A stretch of 64,000 nt of DNA, taken from the NCBI GenBank assembly GCA_041664225.1, contig JBAYLE010000001.1, positions 132,939 to 196,938 of the forward strand. Direction: 5' to 3'. Positions 37,649 to 47,739 of the stretch are shown here, piece by piece (position 1 is the first letter of the stretch; each line of letters begins with the position of its first letter). The notes beneath the pieces were generated by a model. That model was not told where the DNA came from, ran no database searches, and saw only the letters and a program-made list of their open reading frames with translations. Position numbers and translations under genes: made by a program. The stretch comes from Parcubacteria group bacterium (lineage in GTDB: Bacteria > Patescibacteriota > Minisyncoccia > Moranbacterales > UBA2206).

Positions 37649-37741
37649 AGCAATACAATTTTAGGTTGTTATATTTCTCAATTTATTCTATAATAAAGGC
37701 ATAAAACAAAAAAACGCGCCTGATGGCGCTAGAAATTTTAA

Positions 37742-39007
37742 ATGGGAATTTTTTCCAAAATTTTAGGTTCGGGGGGATCAGGAGATTACATGCTTTCATT
37801 AGATATCGGAACGGAAGTTGTTAAGGCCTTGGTTTTTAAGATTGATAAAAGTTCCGGCAGCGGGGTGGTCAAGGGTGTGGGCAAGGTCAGGCAGAATATG
37901 GGTAACATGCAAAGTGGAGCCGTTTCTGATATTGCCGGTGTAATTGAAAGTTCCCGACAGGCAATTGAACTAGCGAGGACGATGGCAGGAATAAAAAAGG
38001 TGGAGAAAACTATCATTGGTATTGCCGGTGAATTGGTGAAGGGCACTACGACAACGGTGCATTATGAAAGAATTCGGCCGGAAGTCAGGATTGATCTGCC
38101 AGAACTAAAAAATATTATCCAAAAGGTCCAATGGAAAGCGTTTGACCGCATTCGGCAGCAATTGGCCTGGGAAACTGGGCATAGTGAAATCGAAGTCAAA
38201 CTTATCAATGCTGCCATAATTGATGTTCGGATAGACGGTTACCGAGTCACAAATCCGGTCGGTTTTCAAGGCCGAGACGTTTCTATCGCAGTTTTCAATG
38301 CCTACGCACCAATGATTCATTTGGGCGCGCTACAGACAATCGCAGATGAATTAAAATTGGAGCTTATCAGCATCGCGGCCGAGCCCTACGCGGTTGCGCG
38401 TTCTATGGGCATCGAAGATGTTTTGGATTTTAATGCTGTTTTCATCGATATCGGCGGCGGAACGACAGATATCGCCGTAGTCAGGAATGGCGGGTTGGAA
38501 GGCACAAAAATGTTTGCTTTGGGCGGTCGCGCTTTTACGAAAAGATTGGCGCAAGAATTAGGTGTCGCGTTTGAAGAAGCTGAGATATTAAAAATTAAAT
38601 ATGCCGAAGGCAAATTAGGCAAGGATGTCAGCCTGAAAATTGAAAGCATTCTGGAGGATGATTGCGAGGTTTGGCTGTCGGGAGTGGAACTGTCACTATC
38701 CGAATTTGCCGACTCAGATCTTCTGCCGAATAAATTTTTCTTATGCGGAGGCGGCTCTGGGTTGCCTGGTATAAAAAATGCCTTGCTCTCGACAAAATGG
38801 ACCAAAAATTTGCCTCTAGCGAAAACCCCACAGGTTAGCTTCTTGCAACCCAGGGACGTTGTGAATATAATTGATGAAACAGGCGCGCTTAAAGATCCTC
38901 AGGACGTAACTCCGATGGGGCTTGCCAATTTGGCACTGGATATTTTCGGCGAAGAGAAAGTCATGGCTGGAATTTTAAGGAGGGCGGTAAAAATGATTCA
39001 AAAATAA
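37742..39007 (+). CDS. ftsA: FtsA-like actin-fold ATPase
   Basis: LDIGTE, AEPYAVA, IDIGGGTTDI, LGGRAFT, CGGGSGLPG. Confidence 0.75.
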   Translation: MGIFSKILGSGGSGDYMLSLDIGTEVVKALVFKIDKSSGSGVVKGVGKVRQNMGNMQSGAVSDIAGVIESSRQAIELARTMAGIKKVEKTIIGIAGELVKGTTTTVHYERIRPEVRIDLPELKNIIQKVQWKAFDRIRQQLAWETGHSEIEVKLINAAIIDVRIDGYRVTNPVGFQGRDVSIAVFNAYAPMIHLGALQTIADELKLELISIAAEPYAVARSMGIEDVLDFNAVFIDIGGGTTDIAVVRNGGLEGTKMFALGGRAFTKRLAQELGVAFEEAEILKIKYAEGKLGKDVSLKIESILEDDCEVWLSGVELSLSEFADSDLLPNKFFLCGGGSGLPGIKNALLSTKWTKNLPLAKTPQVSFLQPRDVVNIIDETGALKDPQDVTPMGLANLALDIFGEEKVMAGILRRAVKMIQK

Positions 39008-39008
39008 T

Positions 39009-41000
39009 ATGCACCAAACATTTTACATCGATATTGACGAAGAGATAACCTCGATAGTTGATCGTCTGCGCAAGGCTAAGGCGCGGGAGGTTATCATTGT
39101 CGTTCCTAAGCGAGCCCTGCTCATTCAAAGTATCGTGAATCTAAAGCTGCTGAAGAAAGAAGCGGATAATTTCAAAAAGAAGTTGATAATCGTAACTCAG
39201 GACAAGCTTGGCAAACTGCTGGTAGAAAAAACCGGCATTGATGTTCAGCAGAAATTAGATGAGATCGAGGGGGAGGAAATGATTTCACCGAGTACCGACA
39301 ACATGGGCAATGGCATCAATGTTGAAATAGATGACTCTCTGGATGAGCCGAGAATTAAAGCTAAAAATAGGCTGGAAACGATGGGATCATCTGAATATTT
39401 TGAAGAAGTGCCGAAAAAAATGAATTCCAGAATTGCTGTGGGCTCGGAACATGCTGAAGAGTATTTTGAAAAACCGGCAAAATCTGAAGAAAAGATTGTG
39501 AATAGGGAGTTGGTAACCGAAATAAGCGCGGATATAAAAAAGAGTAACAGAAAGAAAAAATCCGCAACCTTTGATATTGTAAAAAATGTTGACATACAAC
39601 AGGCCGGCGTTTCTGATTTTTCCACAGTAGGGGAAACAATAGATAATTTTAGTGCCGCGGATCTTAAAAGAACGAATGAAACAATTGTCAGAAAGAGAGG
39701 AATTCCCCATGAGTCTGAAAATTCAGAGTTGAAAAACAGCGGTAAGTTAGGAAACTTTTTTCAAAAAGAAAAAACTGTGAAAAGCAGATCGCAAGAAGTC
39801 AGAATGGATTATGGAAATTTCAATTTGTCTGGAAAATTCTGGAGATACTTTGCTATTTTTGGTTCAGTCGTGGCGTTGATTATCATATTTTCCGCGGCGT
39901 ATCTGTATTTGCCCAAGGCGGATATAAAAATTTTTGCTAAAACTAAGTCTCACTCAATAGACGCCCAGGTAAAAGGGGCTGTTAATCAAACGACAATTGA
40001 TTTTGATAATCAAATGATTCCGGTAAAAATCATTTTGGCTGAAGATCAAAAAACAGAAAATTATCCAGTGACCGGGAATAAATCAGCTGCAAATCAAAAG
40101 GCTCGCGGAATAATTACGATTTATAATGAATTCAGCAGCAGCCCTCAACCTTTAGTAGCAACGACTAGATTCCAAACCTCGGATGGCAAAATATTCAGAT
40201 TAATTAAGGCTGTCACAGTTCCAGGAGTCGCCAATATTGGTGGTGAGACAAAGCCTGGAGCTATCGAGGCGGATGTCGTTGCAGATGAGGCTGGTGATAC
40301 ATACAATATTGATCCTGCTAGTTTTACCATCCCAGGTTTTAAAGACAGTGGAAATGATAAATTTACAAAGATTTATGCCAAATCATTCAAAGCAATGACT
40401 GGGGGAGGTAAGAGCGGAGGCGTAGCCAAGGCGATTGTGGCCAGCGATATAATTAGCGCGAAAAATAAGGCGCTAATGGACCTCACCCAATCATTGAAGC
40501 AAAAATTAAAAAATTCTGCCGATGAAGGAGCAGTAATTTTGGATGACGCTTTTAATATAGGAGACGCTACTTATGCGGTATCTAATTCAGAGGGCGAAAT
40601 AGTTGATAATTTCAGCGTGACAGTTAAAGCGAAGGCCAGTGCGCTGGTATTTGATGAAAAAGATCTGCGAAATATTATTGGTAAAGATATAGCGAAAACC
40701 GGTTCTGGTAGCGATCGAATAGATGAAAATTCATTGTCTTTGCAATTTGGCAAATCAGATGCTGATTTTACAAATAGCACAATTTTAATTCGCGTAAATG
40801 CGTCAGGAAAAATCAATCCAAATATCGATCTGGAAAATTTGAAAAAAGGAATACTGGGTAAAAGCGAGGATGATTTCAAGGCTTATCTGAAGACTTATCC
40901 CGCGGTGGAAAAAGCAGAAATAAATTACTGGCCAGCCTTTTTGACTGGCAAAATACCGGCCTATGAAAGCCGAGTAAGTATCGAGCTTGACAATAATTAA
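39009..41000 (+). CDS. Conserved single-TM protein with baseplate-J-like extracytoplasmic region
   Basis: IDIDEEITSI N-domain, TM helix, ARGIITIYN...LVATTRF...V.ADEAGDTYNI...F..MTGG. Confidence 0.7.
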   Translation: MHQTFYIDIDEEITSIVDRLRKAKAREVIIVVPKRALLIQSIVNLKLLKKEADNFKKKLIIVTQDKLGKLLVEKTGIDVQQKLDEIEGEEMISPSTDNMGNGINVEIDDSLDEPRIKAKNRLETMGSSEYFEEVPKKMNSRIAVGSEHAEEYFEKPAKSEEKIVNRELVTEISADIKKSNRKKKSATFDIVKNVDIQQAGVSDFSTVGETIDNFSAADLKRTNETIVRKRGIPHESENSELKNSGKLGNFFQKEKTVKSRSQEVRMDYGNFNLSGKFWRYFAIFGSVVALIIIFSAAYLYLPKADIKIFAKTKSHSIDAQVKGAVNQTTIDFDNQMIPVKIILAEDQKTENYPVTGNKSAANQKARGIITIYNEFSSSPQPLVATTRFQTSDGKIFRLIKAVTVPGVANIGGETKPGAIEADVVADEAGDTYNIDPASFTIPGFKDSGNDKFTKIYAKSFKAMTGGGKSGGVAKAIVASDIISAKNKALMDLTQSLKQKLKNSADEGAVILDDAFNIGDATYAVSNSEGEIVDNFSVTVKAKASALVFDEKDLRNIIGKDIAKTGSGSDRIDENSLSLQFGKSDADFTNSTILIRVNASGKINPNIDLENLKKGILGKSEDDFKAYLKTYPAVEKAEINYWPAFLTGKIPAYESRVSIELDNN

Positions 41001-41160
41001 ATAACTGCTAAAATAGTTAAAGACATTACAAAAAGGAATATTTTAGCTTAAATAGAGGGAAATCTCGAGCTTCAAGAACTAGGATTGATTTATACTTCTG
41101 AGGTCGATTCCTCAGAAAATCTCCGTCTATTTTTTTGTTTGCTAAATAATTTAATAATGC

Positions 41161-41382
41161 ATGTCCAATAATAAAGAGTTAGTTAAATTAGAAGGAGTAG
41201 TCGAAGAAACGCTGCCAAGCACGACTTTTAAAGTGCGCTTGGATAACGGGCATATAATCTTGGCTCATATATCCGGCAGGATGCGAGTTAACTATATCCG
41301 GCTTCTTCCGGGGGATCGAGTTTTGGTTGAAATGAGCCCCTATGATCTAACTAAAGGACGAATAACTCAACGATTAAAATAA
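41161..41382 (+). CDS. infA: Translation initiation factor IF-1
   Basis: [31 protein letters not shown]. Confidence 0.98.
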   Translation: MSNNKELVKLEGVVEETLPSTTFKVRLDNGHIILAHISGRMRVNYIRLLPGDRVLVEMSPYDLTKGRITQRLK

Positions 41383-41495
41383 TGAAAGTCAGAGCATCCG
41401 TCAAAAAAATTTGTGATAAATGCAAGCTTGTTAAGAGAAAAGGCAAGCTTTTTGTTGTTTGTTCCAATCCGAAGCACAAACAAAGACAGGGCTAA
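41382..41495 (+). CDS. rpmJ: 50S ribosomal protein L36 (absent from the ORF track)
   Basis: [37 protein letters not shown]. Confidence 0.97.
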   Translation: MKVRASVKKICDKCKLVKRKGKLFVVCSNPKHKQRQG

Positions 41496-41514
41496 CACAT
41501 AACGCAAACATTTT

Positions 41515-41901
41515 ATGTTAAGAATCGCCGGGGTAAATGTCCCAGATGAAAAACGAGTAGAAATTTCTTTAACCTATGTTTATGGCATAGGACCTGCAAC
41601 TGCGGGAAAAATTTTGGACGAACTGGAAATATCCAGAGACAAAAGAACTAAGGACCTATCGGATACCGAACAGAATAAAATTCGCGAGTATGTTGAGAAG
41701 AAAATCCGAGTTGAAGGAGAGCTTAAACATGAAATCAGATCAAATGTAAAACGCCTGAAAGAAATCAGTGCTTATCGGGGTATCCGCCATCAGAGAGGGC
41801 TTCCAGTCAGGGGGCAAAGAACCAAGACAAACAATCGGACGATTCGTGGCAATGTAAGAAAGACTATGGGCAGCGGAAGAGTGAAGACGGAAAAGACTTA
41901 A
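41515..41901 (+). CDS. rpsM: 30S ribosomal protein S13
   Basis: [22 protein letters not shown]. Confidence 0.98.
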   Translation: MLRIAGVNVPDEKRVEISLTYVYGIGPATAGKILDELEISRDKRTKDLSDTEQNKIREYVEKKIRVEGELKHEIRSNVKRLKEISAYRGIRHQRGLPVRGQRTKTNNRTIRGNVRKTMGSGRVKTEKT

Positions 41902-41942
41902 AAGACGCTCGGATACATTTTTATTTTTTAAACTAATATTGC

Positions 41943-42413
41943 ATGGCTGAAGAAAATGTAAAAACTGAAGAGATAAAAAATGAAACAGAGGTGAAATCTG
42001 AGGCTTCTGAGTTGGAAAAAGGAGCTGTCGAGGAAGCAAAGAAAAAAGTCAAAAAAATAAAGAAACAAATTCTAAAAGGCAGAGCGGTTGTTAAATGCAC
42101 CTATAATAATACGATCGTCAGTATCGCGGACATCAATGGAAACATCCTGGGTTGGGCATCTTCGGGGCTTTTAGGTTTTAAGGGAGCAAAAAAAGCCACT
42201 CCTTATGCCGCAACACAAGTGGTTGGAAATGTGAGCGAAAAAGTCAGGAAGTACGGCCTGAGAGAGCTGGAAGTTTTTGTCAAAGGTGTCGGGTCCGGAC
42301 GGGAGGCCTCAATTCGAGCATTGGCTAATAATGGTTTTGAATTACTGATGATCAAGGATGAAACGCCGATCCCGCATAACGGCTGCCGGCCGAAAAAACC
42401 AAGACGAGTGTAG
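41943..42413 (+). CDS. rpsK: 30S ribosomal protein S11
   Basis: YNNTIV, GFKGAKKATPYAA, PIPHNGCRP. Confidence 0.98.
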   Translation: MAEENVKTEEIKNETEVKSEASELEKGAVEEAKKKVKKIKKQILKGRAVVKCTYNNTIVSIADINGNILGWASSGLLGFKGAKKATPYAATQVVGNVSEKVRKYGLRELEVFVKGVGSGREASIRALANNGFELLMIKDETPIPHNGCRPKKPRRV

Positions 42414-42535
42414 CACTCGGATACATTTTTATTTTTTGCGGGGAGCCCCACCGACAATTCTGTAAATCGCTCAAGGAAGAGACCCCTATGCAAAAAACAA
42501 AAAGTATCCTCGCTTAAATAATTTCATAAAGAAAC

Positions 42536-43171
42536 ATGGCAAGAGATATAAATGCAAAATGCAGAAAGTGTAGAAGGGCTGGGGAAAAGCTTTTTCTTAA
42601 GGGTGATCGCTGTTTTACTCCAAAATGCGGCGTGGTTAGACGCGCGTACGCTCCGGGGGCTCATGGTAAGAAGATGACAAAAGGCAACAAGAGCGAATAT
42701 GGGATGCAACTTGCCGTTAAACAGAGAATTAAGCGGATCTATGGAGTGTTAGAGAAACAATTTAGGAAGCACTTTGACGAGGTTAGAAACAAGCCGGGCG
42801 TGGTCGGAGATCTTCTCTTGGCGAGATTGGAACGCAGACTGGACAATGTCGTGTATCGTATCGGTCTTGCGGCTTCGAGGGCTCAGGCCAGACAATTAGT
42901 CAACCACGGTCTCATCAGCCTAAACGGCAGAAAAATGAGTATTCCTTCTGCTGAAGTAAAAATTGGCGATTTAATCTCAATAAATTCGTACAAGAAAAAC
43001 AAGAATTATTTTAAAAATTTGGAACAGATAATCAAAAACAAAAAGGATTTTCCAAGTTGGATCAGTTTTGACGCGGAAAAAATCGAAGGGAAAATTATAA
43101 ACAATCCCACAAAAAATGATGTGGAGATCAACGTTGATGCCCAAGTGGTTGTTGAATATTATTCTCGTTAA
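42536..43171 (+). CDS. rpsD: 30S ribosomal protein S4
   Basis: CRKCRR, LERRLDNVVYR, ARQLVNHG, VEYYSR. Confidence 0.98.
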   Translation: MARDINAKCRKCRRAGEKLFLKGDRCFTPKCGVVRRAYAPGAHGKKMTKGNKSEYGMQLAVKQRIKRIYGVLEKQFRKHFDEVRNKPGVVGDLLLARLERRLDNVVYRIGLAASRAQARQLVNHGLISLNGRKMSIPSAEVKIGDLISINSYKKNKNYFKNLEQIIKNKKDFPSWISFDAEKIEGKIINNPTKNDVEINVDAQVVVEYYSR

Positions 43172-43249
43172 ACATCTTTAATTTTAATAATTAATAAATG
43201 TCTTTTGCGCAAGCCTGCCTGACGGCAGGCGAGCAAAACAATTAAAAAA

Positions 43250-44230
43250 ATGCAATCAATAACACTTCCTCATAAGCCAAAATTCATCAGTGTTGACGGA
43301 AAAACCGGTAAATTCGAAATCGAAGGATGCTATCCAGGCTATGGGACAACTTTGGGAAATGCATTAAGAAGAGTGCTTTTATCCTCGCTTTCTGGCTCCG
43401 CCATAACTGCGGTTAAGATTACGGGGGTGACCCATGAATTTTCAACCATTCCGAACGTCCTTGAAGATGTAATTCAAATTATTTTGAATTTGAAGCAGGT
43501 GAGATTCAAATCCTTCAAAGAAGAAACTGTGAAAGTTTCTTTAAAAGTAAAAGGCGAAAAAGTCGTTACCGCTAGTATGATTGAATGTTCGGCGGACGTA
43601 GAAGTTATAAACAAGGAGGCACATATTGCGACGATTACTAATCCAAAGGGTGAATTGGAAATTGAATTCGAAATAAATAATGGAATCGGTTATGTTCCGG
43701 TTGAACAACAGGAAAAGAACGGAAAAGAAATCGGCGTTATCGCCGTTGATGCGATTTATACTCCCATCAGAAGAGTGAATTATACTGTGGATAACATGCG
43801 CGTAGGCAAACGAACCGATTTTGAAAAAATTACTTTCGACATTGTTACTGATGGCAGTGTTACTCCACAAGAAGCTTTTTCTAAAGCCGTCCAAATATTA
43901 GTTGATCAATTTTCCGCTATGGGCGATCTTGAGAAGATGAAATCGGAAAAGGAAGGAGAGAAAGAAGAAAAAGTGGAGAAAGAAGTCAAAAAGGAGGCGG
44001 TGACGGCAGTGGAAAAGGAAGATCCTAAAAAAATCGAAGTCACGCAGCTCAAGAGCCTTTCTACTAGAACTCTGAATGTCTTGGAAAAGAACAAGGTGGC
44101 TACGGTAGGAGAAATTGTCAAACTGACCGAATTGCAGTTGGGCAAATTGGAAGGTATGGGTGCCAAGGGCGTAAAGGAAATCAAAAAGGCAATCGGAGAT
44201 TTCGGATTAAATTTGAAAGCAGAAAAATAA
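43250..44230 (+). CDS. rpoA: RNA polymerase subunit alpha
   Basis: GYGTTLGNALRRVLLSSL, HEFSTI, LSTRTLNVL. Confidence 0.98.
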   Translation: MQSITLPHKPKFISVDGKTGKFEIEGCYPGYGTTLGNALRRVLLSSLSGSAITAVKITGVTHEFSTIPNVLEDVIQIILNLKQVRFKSFKEETVKVSLKVKGEKVVTASMIECSADVEVINKEAHIATITNPKGELEIEFEINNGIGYVPVEQQEKNGKEIGVIAVDAIYTPIRRVNYTVDNMRVGKRTDFEKITFDIVTDGSVTPQEAFSKAVQILVDQFSAMGDLEKMKSEKEGEKEEKVEKEVKKEAVTAVEKEDPKKIEVTQLKSLSTRTLNVLEKNKVATVGEIVKLTELQLGKLEGMGAKGVKEIKKAIGDFGLNLKAEK

Positions 44231-44257
44231 AATATTCGAGAAATTTAAACTAATGTT

Positions 44258-44632
44258 ATGCAACACTTAAGAAAAGGAAGAAAATTTGGACGGGTGAAAA
44301 ACCAAAGAGAGGCGATGTTAAAAACTCTCTTAGGCAGTTTAATAATGGAAGAAAAAATTGAAACTTCTGAAGCCAAGGCCAAAGAAATCAAGGGGATGAT
44401 CGACAAGATTGTAAATAAGGCCAAGCAGACCCAGATTGATTCGCCAGCTGGCGGAAAAAAACTTGCGGCCATTCGTGATTTGGGCAACAGGATACCAGCA
44501 GCTGCGGTGAAAAAGATGACGGGAGAATTTTTAAGCAAGTTTTCCGGGCGCACTAGCGGGTACACCCGAATCATCAAATTGAGTCCAAGACAGAGCGATA
44601 GCGCGCGAATCGCGATAATTGAATTCGTGTAG
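44258..44632 (+). CDS. rplQ: 50S ribosomal protein L17
   Basis: RKFGR, IETSEAKAKE, SGYTRIIKL. Confidence 0.96.
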   Translation: MQHLRKGRKFGRVKNQREAMLKTLLGSLIMEEKIETSEAKAKEIKGMIDKIVNKAKQTQIDSPAGGKKLAAIRDLGNRIPAAAVKKMTGEFLSKFSGRTSGYTRIIKLSPRQSDSARIAIIEFV

Positions 44633-44660
44633 CGCCTCGCTAAAATTATTATATAAAATT

Positions 44661-45062
44661 ATGAATAAGAAGTCAGTTCAAAGAAAATACCACCTATTTG
44701 ACGCAGAAGGCAAAACGCTGGGCAGGTTAGCGACCCAAATAGCAGTAGTTCTCCGCGGTAAAAATAAAATTGATTTTACCCCGCATATTGATGCCGGTGA
44801 TTTCGCTGTAGTTATCAATACTGATAGGATAACAGTTACGGGGAATAAAATGGAAGGAAAAATTTATCATCACTTCAGCGGTTATCCTGGCGGCATTTCC
44901 TCGATCAACCTGAAAGACCAGCTAAAAAAAGACTCACGGAAAGTGATTGAAGCGGCTGTCACCGGGATGCTTTGCAAAAACAAATTGCGAGACAAGATGC
45001 TGAAGAGATTGCTGACTTATAAAAACGCCGAACATAAGCACAAAATTGATATAACACACTAA
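44661..45062 (+). CDS. rplM: 50S ribosomal protein L13
   Basis: LGRLAT, LRGKNK..FTPHIDAGD, HFSGYPGG; start at ATG 44661. Confidence 0.96.
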   Translation: MNKKSVQRKYHLFDAEGKTLGRLATQIAVVLRGKNKIDFTPHIDAGDFAVVINTDRITVTGNKMEGKIYHHFSGYPGGISSINLKDQLKKDSRKVIEAAVTGMLCKNKLRDKMLKRLLTYKNAEHKHKIDITH

Positions 45063-45070
45063 ATATTATT

Positions 45071-45526
45071 ATGGCTGTTAAAAAAGTTAAAGAAGAAACA
45101 ATAAAAAAAGAAGAAACCAAATTGCCGGACGGCGAGTATTTTTATGCGGTTGGGAAAAGAAAGACTTCCATAGCGCAGGTTAGAATTTATCTTGCTTCAA
45201 AGGCGCCACAAGGCGTTGTGGTGAACGGCAGAAATCTCGATAAATATTTTACTCTGGAAAGACTGCAAGCCACGGTTAGCGCTCCATTGGTAGCAGTTGG
45301 CCAGGAGGGCAAGACCGATGTAATCGTAAAGGTGGTTGGCGGTGGAATTACTGGGCAAGCAGAAGCAGCCAGACTTGGAATCGCCAGAGCCTTGGTCAAA
45401 TTTGACAATACTTATAAAAAGACTCTGCGCGATCTCGGATTTATGACTAGAGACTCTCGAATAGTTGAACGTAAGAAGCCAGGCTTGAAAAAGGCCAGGC
45501 GGGCTCCGCAGTGGGCAAAACGATAG
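45071..45526 (+). CDS. rpsI: 30S ribosomal protein S9
   Basis: GKRKTS, GGGITGQA, ERKKPGLKKARRAPQWAKR. Confidence 0.98.
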   Translation: MAVKKVKEETIKKEETKLPDGEYFYAVGKRKTSIAQVRIYLASKAPQGVVVNGRNLDKYFTLERLQATVSAPLVAVGQEGKTDVIVKVVGGGITGQAEAARLGIARALVKFDNTYKKTLRDLGFMTRDSRIVERKKPGLKKARRAPQWAKR

Positions 45527-45558
45527 TAACTGTCTATATAATATTCTCGGATATAATC

Positions 45559-45585
45559 AAAAAACACCTCTTGAGGTGTTTTTTT
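45559..45585. terminator. Bidirectional terminator after rpsI
   Basis: aaaaaacacctc-tt-gaggtgtttttt. Confidence 0.8.
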
Positions 45586-45624
45586 ACAACCTTTTTTGCC
45601 GTTAAAAGAAGATTGGAAGAGCTT

Positions 45625-47175
45625 TTATTGCTGGGCTGGCGGCGGGAAAAGTCCCAGAAAACCGCCTGGCTCCGGAAAGGTGATGGAATAGATGTCGGAG
45701 GCGTTTTTTTCTGAGTCAGTGAAAAATAGGCGTTCCAGATAATTGTTATAAACTATTGAGGGTGATGCCGTATTGGTCTTTAGAAGATCCATGGAAACCC
45801 TGTGATCGCGCGCGTCTAACTCGATAATTTTTGTGTATTGACCGGTGTTGAAAATAACATGCTCATAATCCTTGAACCATTGCACGTTTCTTATTTGATC
45901 TGAATAACGAGTAATGTCCTGAACTTCATTTTCAAATCTTTCCGGTTGGACGCTCCACTGGCGTAGGAAATAAGTGGAGATTCCATTGTCAGTCCAGAAA
46001 AGCAGTTTTTTTCCATCATTGGAAAACTGCATGCCGGAAACGTTGCTGCCAAGTTTCCTAAAATAAGTGTTCAGATCTCCGCGATTAAAAATATAGAGAT
46101 TTTTATTGGTATTTAGAAACGCGATGCGCATGTCGTCAAAAACAATTAGCTTGTTGTTGGGCGAGCTCAACTCTTCTGGAAAATTATTAGTAATTTGCGT
46201 GAGGCCGGACTTGCCGTCTAAATTGGTTCGAAAAACTAGCTCAGTCGGCATCTGGGTGTAATAAATGCCGGTTTTAGATATGTCAAAGCTCGAAACATTG
46301 TCAGCAATCCTTGTTGGGTCAGTCTGGTCGTTAATATTGGCTCTATAGAGCGAATATTCGCTTAAAAAGAAGAGATAATTTTTATCCCGCGGATCCCAAC
46401 GTACATTTTTCAGGTCGTTTTTGTTTACGATATCGTTGAGATTAAGAATATTCTTGTTGTCAGGATTGCCGATAAAATAAGCGTTTTCAGTTTTTGTTTC
46501 CGTTGCTGGGGCACTATCTTTTGCTGTTGTAATTTTTTCAGACGCTACTTTTTCTGGTGTGGCGGCAAGTGTTCTTTTCAGTGGAATTGAAATGTAGTCA
46601 CCATTGGGCGACCACTCTATATTTTCCTCACGGGAATCATCCGTAAATTGCCAGCCTGGAAAAGAAAAGGCGCTAGAAATAGTCTTGTCATTGATGCTGA
46701 TAATCTTGATCGTCGAACCTGAATCATCTGATTTTACAAACGCTATAAAGTCGTTTTTGGGAGAAATAAAAAATTTATCAATTCCGCCGGTGGCATAAGG
46801 CGTATGACTATAGTTATTTTTGACCAAAAGTATGTTCCAAAATTCGGTGGATATGCCGCTGTGGACTTCGGTGTTTTTGCGCCAGGTCTGAAAGCCGTCG
46901 GCGGAAACAGTCAAATCATAACTTTTAGGAAGCAACCCTGTGATATTATTGGAACTGTTGATCCTGTCTGTCTGTTTTGAGGGCTCAGGTTCTCCATCGA
47001 TATACACATTAAAGTTTTGCGGATTAGTTTTCAGTGTGATGGTTCCGCTATGCACAAAAACGCCGTGCTGAAAATCAAAACGGTATCCCCATGCGTTCAT
47101 AACGATAATGGGCGCTACTACTAAGAATATCGCCACTAAACTCCAAAAAAATATCTTTCTCTTAAGCTTTTCCAT
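45625..47175 (-). CDS. Membrane-anchored PEGA-domain / beta-propeller protein
   Basis: N-terminal TM then GYRFD...G.I.L.TNP..VYIDG PEGA-like segment; WSPNG and FSNDGKK propeller repeats. Confidence 0.75.
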   Translation of the reverse strand: MEKLKRKIFFWSLVAIFLVVAPIIVMNAWGYRFDFQHGVFVHSGTITLKTNPQNFNVYIDGEPEPSKQTDRINSSNNITGLLPKSYDLTVSADGFQTWRKNTEVHSGISTEFWNILLVKNNYSHTPYATGGIDKFFISPKNDFIAFVKSDDSGSTIKIISINDKTISSAFSFPGWQFTDDSREENIEWSPNGDYISIPLKRTLAATPEKVASEKITTAKDSAPATETKTENAYFIGNPDNKNILNLNDIVNKNDLKNVRWDPRDKNYLFFLSEYSLYRANINDQTDPTRIADNVSSFDISKTGIYYTQMPTELVFRTNLDGKSGLTQITNNFPEELSSPNNKLIVFDDMRIAFLNTNKNLYIFNRGDLNTYFRKLGSNVSGMQFSNDGKKLLFWTDNGISTYFLRQWSVQPERFENEVQDITRYSDQIRNVQWFKDYEHVIFNTGQYTKIIELDARDHRVSMDLLKTNTASPSIVYNNYLERLFFTDSEKNASDIYSITFPEPGGFLGLFPPPAQQ

Positions 47176-47277
47176 GAGTTTTCTGGTAATTATAAACCAA
47201 TGCGAACATACGAATATCAATTTGTATTCTAGCTTTTTTGGGGCTTTTTGTCCAGTCCAAAATGCACAGTCTAAATG

Positions 47278-47306
47278 TTGACATTCAGATGATAATGAGA
47301 TATACT
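47278..47306 (+). promoter_or_regulatory. rplU promoter
   Basis: TTGACA-17-TATACT. Confidence 0.75.
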
Positions 47307-47334
47307 ATTTTATGTAACTATTAGATGATTTATT

Positions 47335-47643
47335 ATGTTGGCGATTATCAAAACTGGCGGAAAACAGTATAAAGTAAAAGAAGGGGACAAAATTAGAGTA
47401 GAAAAAATTGAGGGTGAGGAGGGAAGCAAAATCACCTTTGATGAAGTGTTGTTTTTGGGTGATGAAAAAGAAGTCAAGGTCGGAACTCCAGTGGTTAAGG
47501 GCGCCAAAGTTGAAGGCAAAATCTTGAAAACCTCAAAACAAAAGAAAGTGACCGGTATTAAGTATAAGGCCAAAAAAAGATATAAGGTCAAATTTGGTCA
47601 CAGGCAGACGATGACAGAAGTGGAGATTACCAAGATCGCGTAA
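47335..47643 (+). CDS. rplU: 50S ribosomal protein L21
   Basis: AIIKTGGKQYKV, GHRQ. Confidence 0.98.
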   Translation: MLAIIKTGGKQYKVKEGDKIRVEKIEGEEGSKITFDEVLFLGDEKEVKVGTPVVKGAKVEGKILKTSKQKKVTGIKYKAKKRYKVKFGHRQTMTEVEITKIA

Positions 47644-47739
47644 TATTTAGAAAAAAGAATTATTTGAAAAGCACCCAGGAGGTGCTTTTTTTGGATAAAA
47701 AAGCCGGAGGTTGGATGTCCCTCCGGACTTGTGACTGTC

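Noticed and set aside
39009-41000. Prophage suggested by a baseplate-J-like protein
   Set aside because: No other phage genes; the gene is embedded between housekeeping genes and has a TM anchor.
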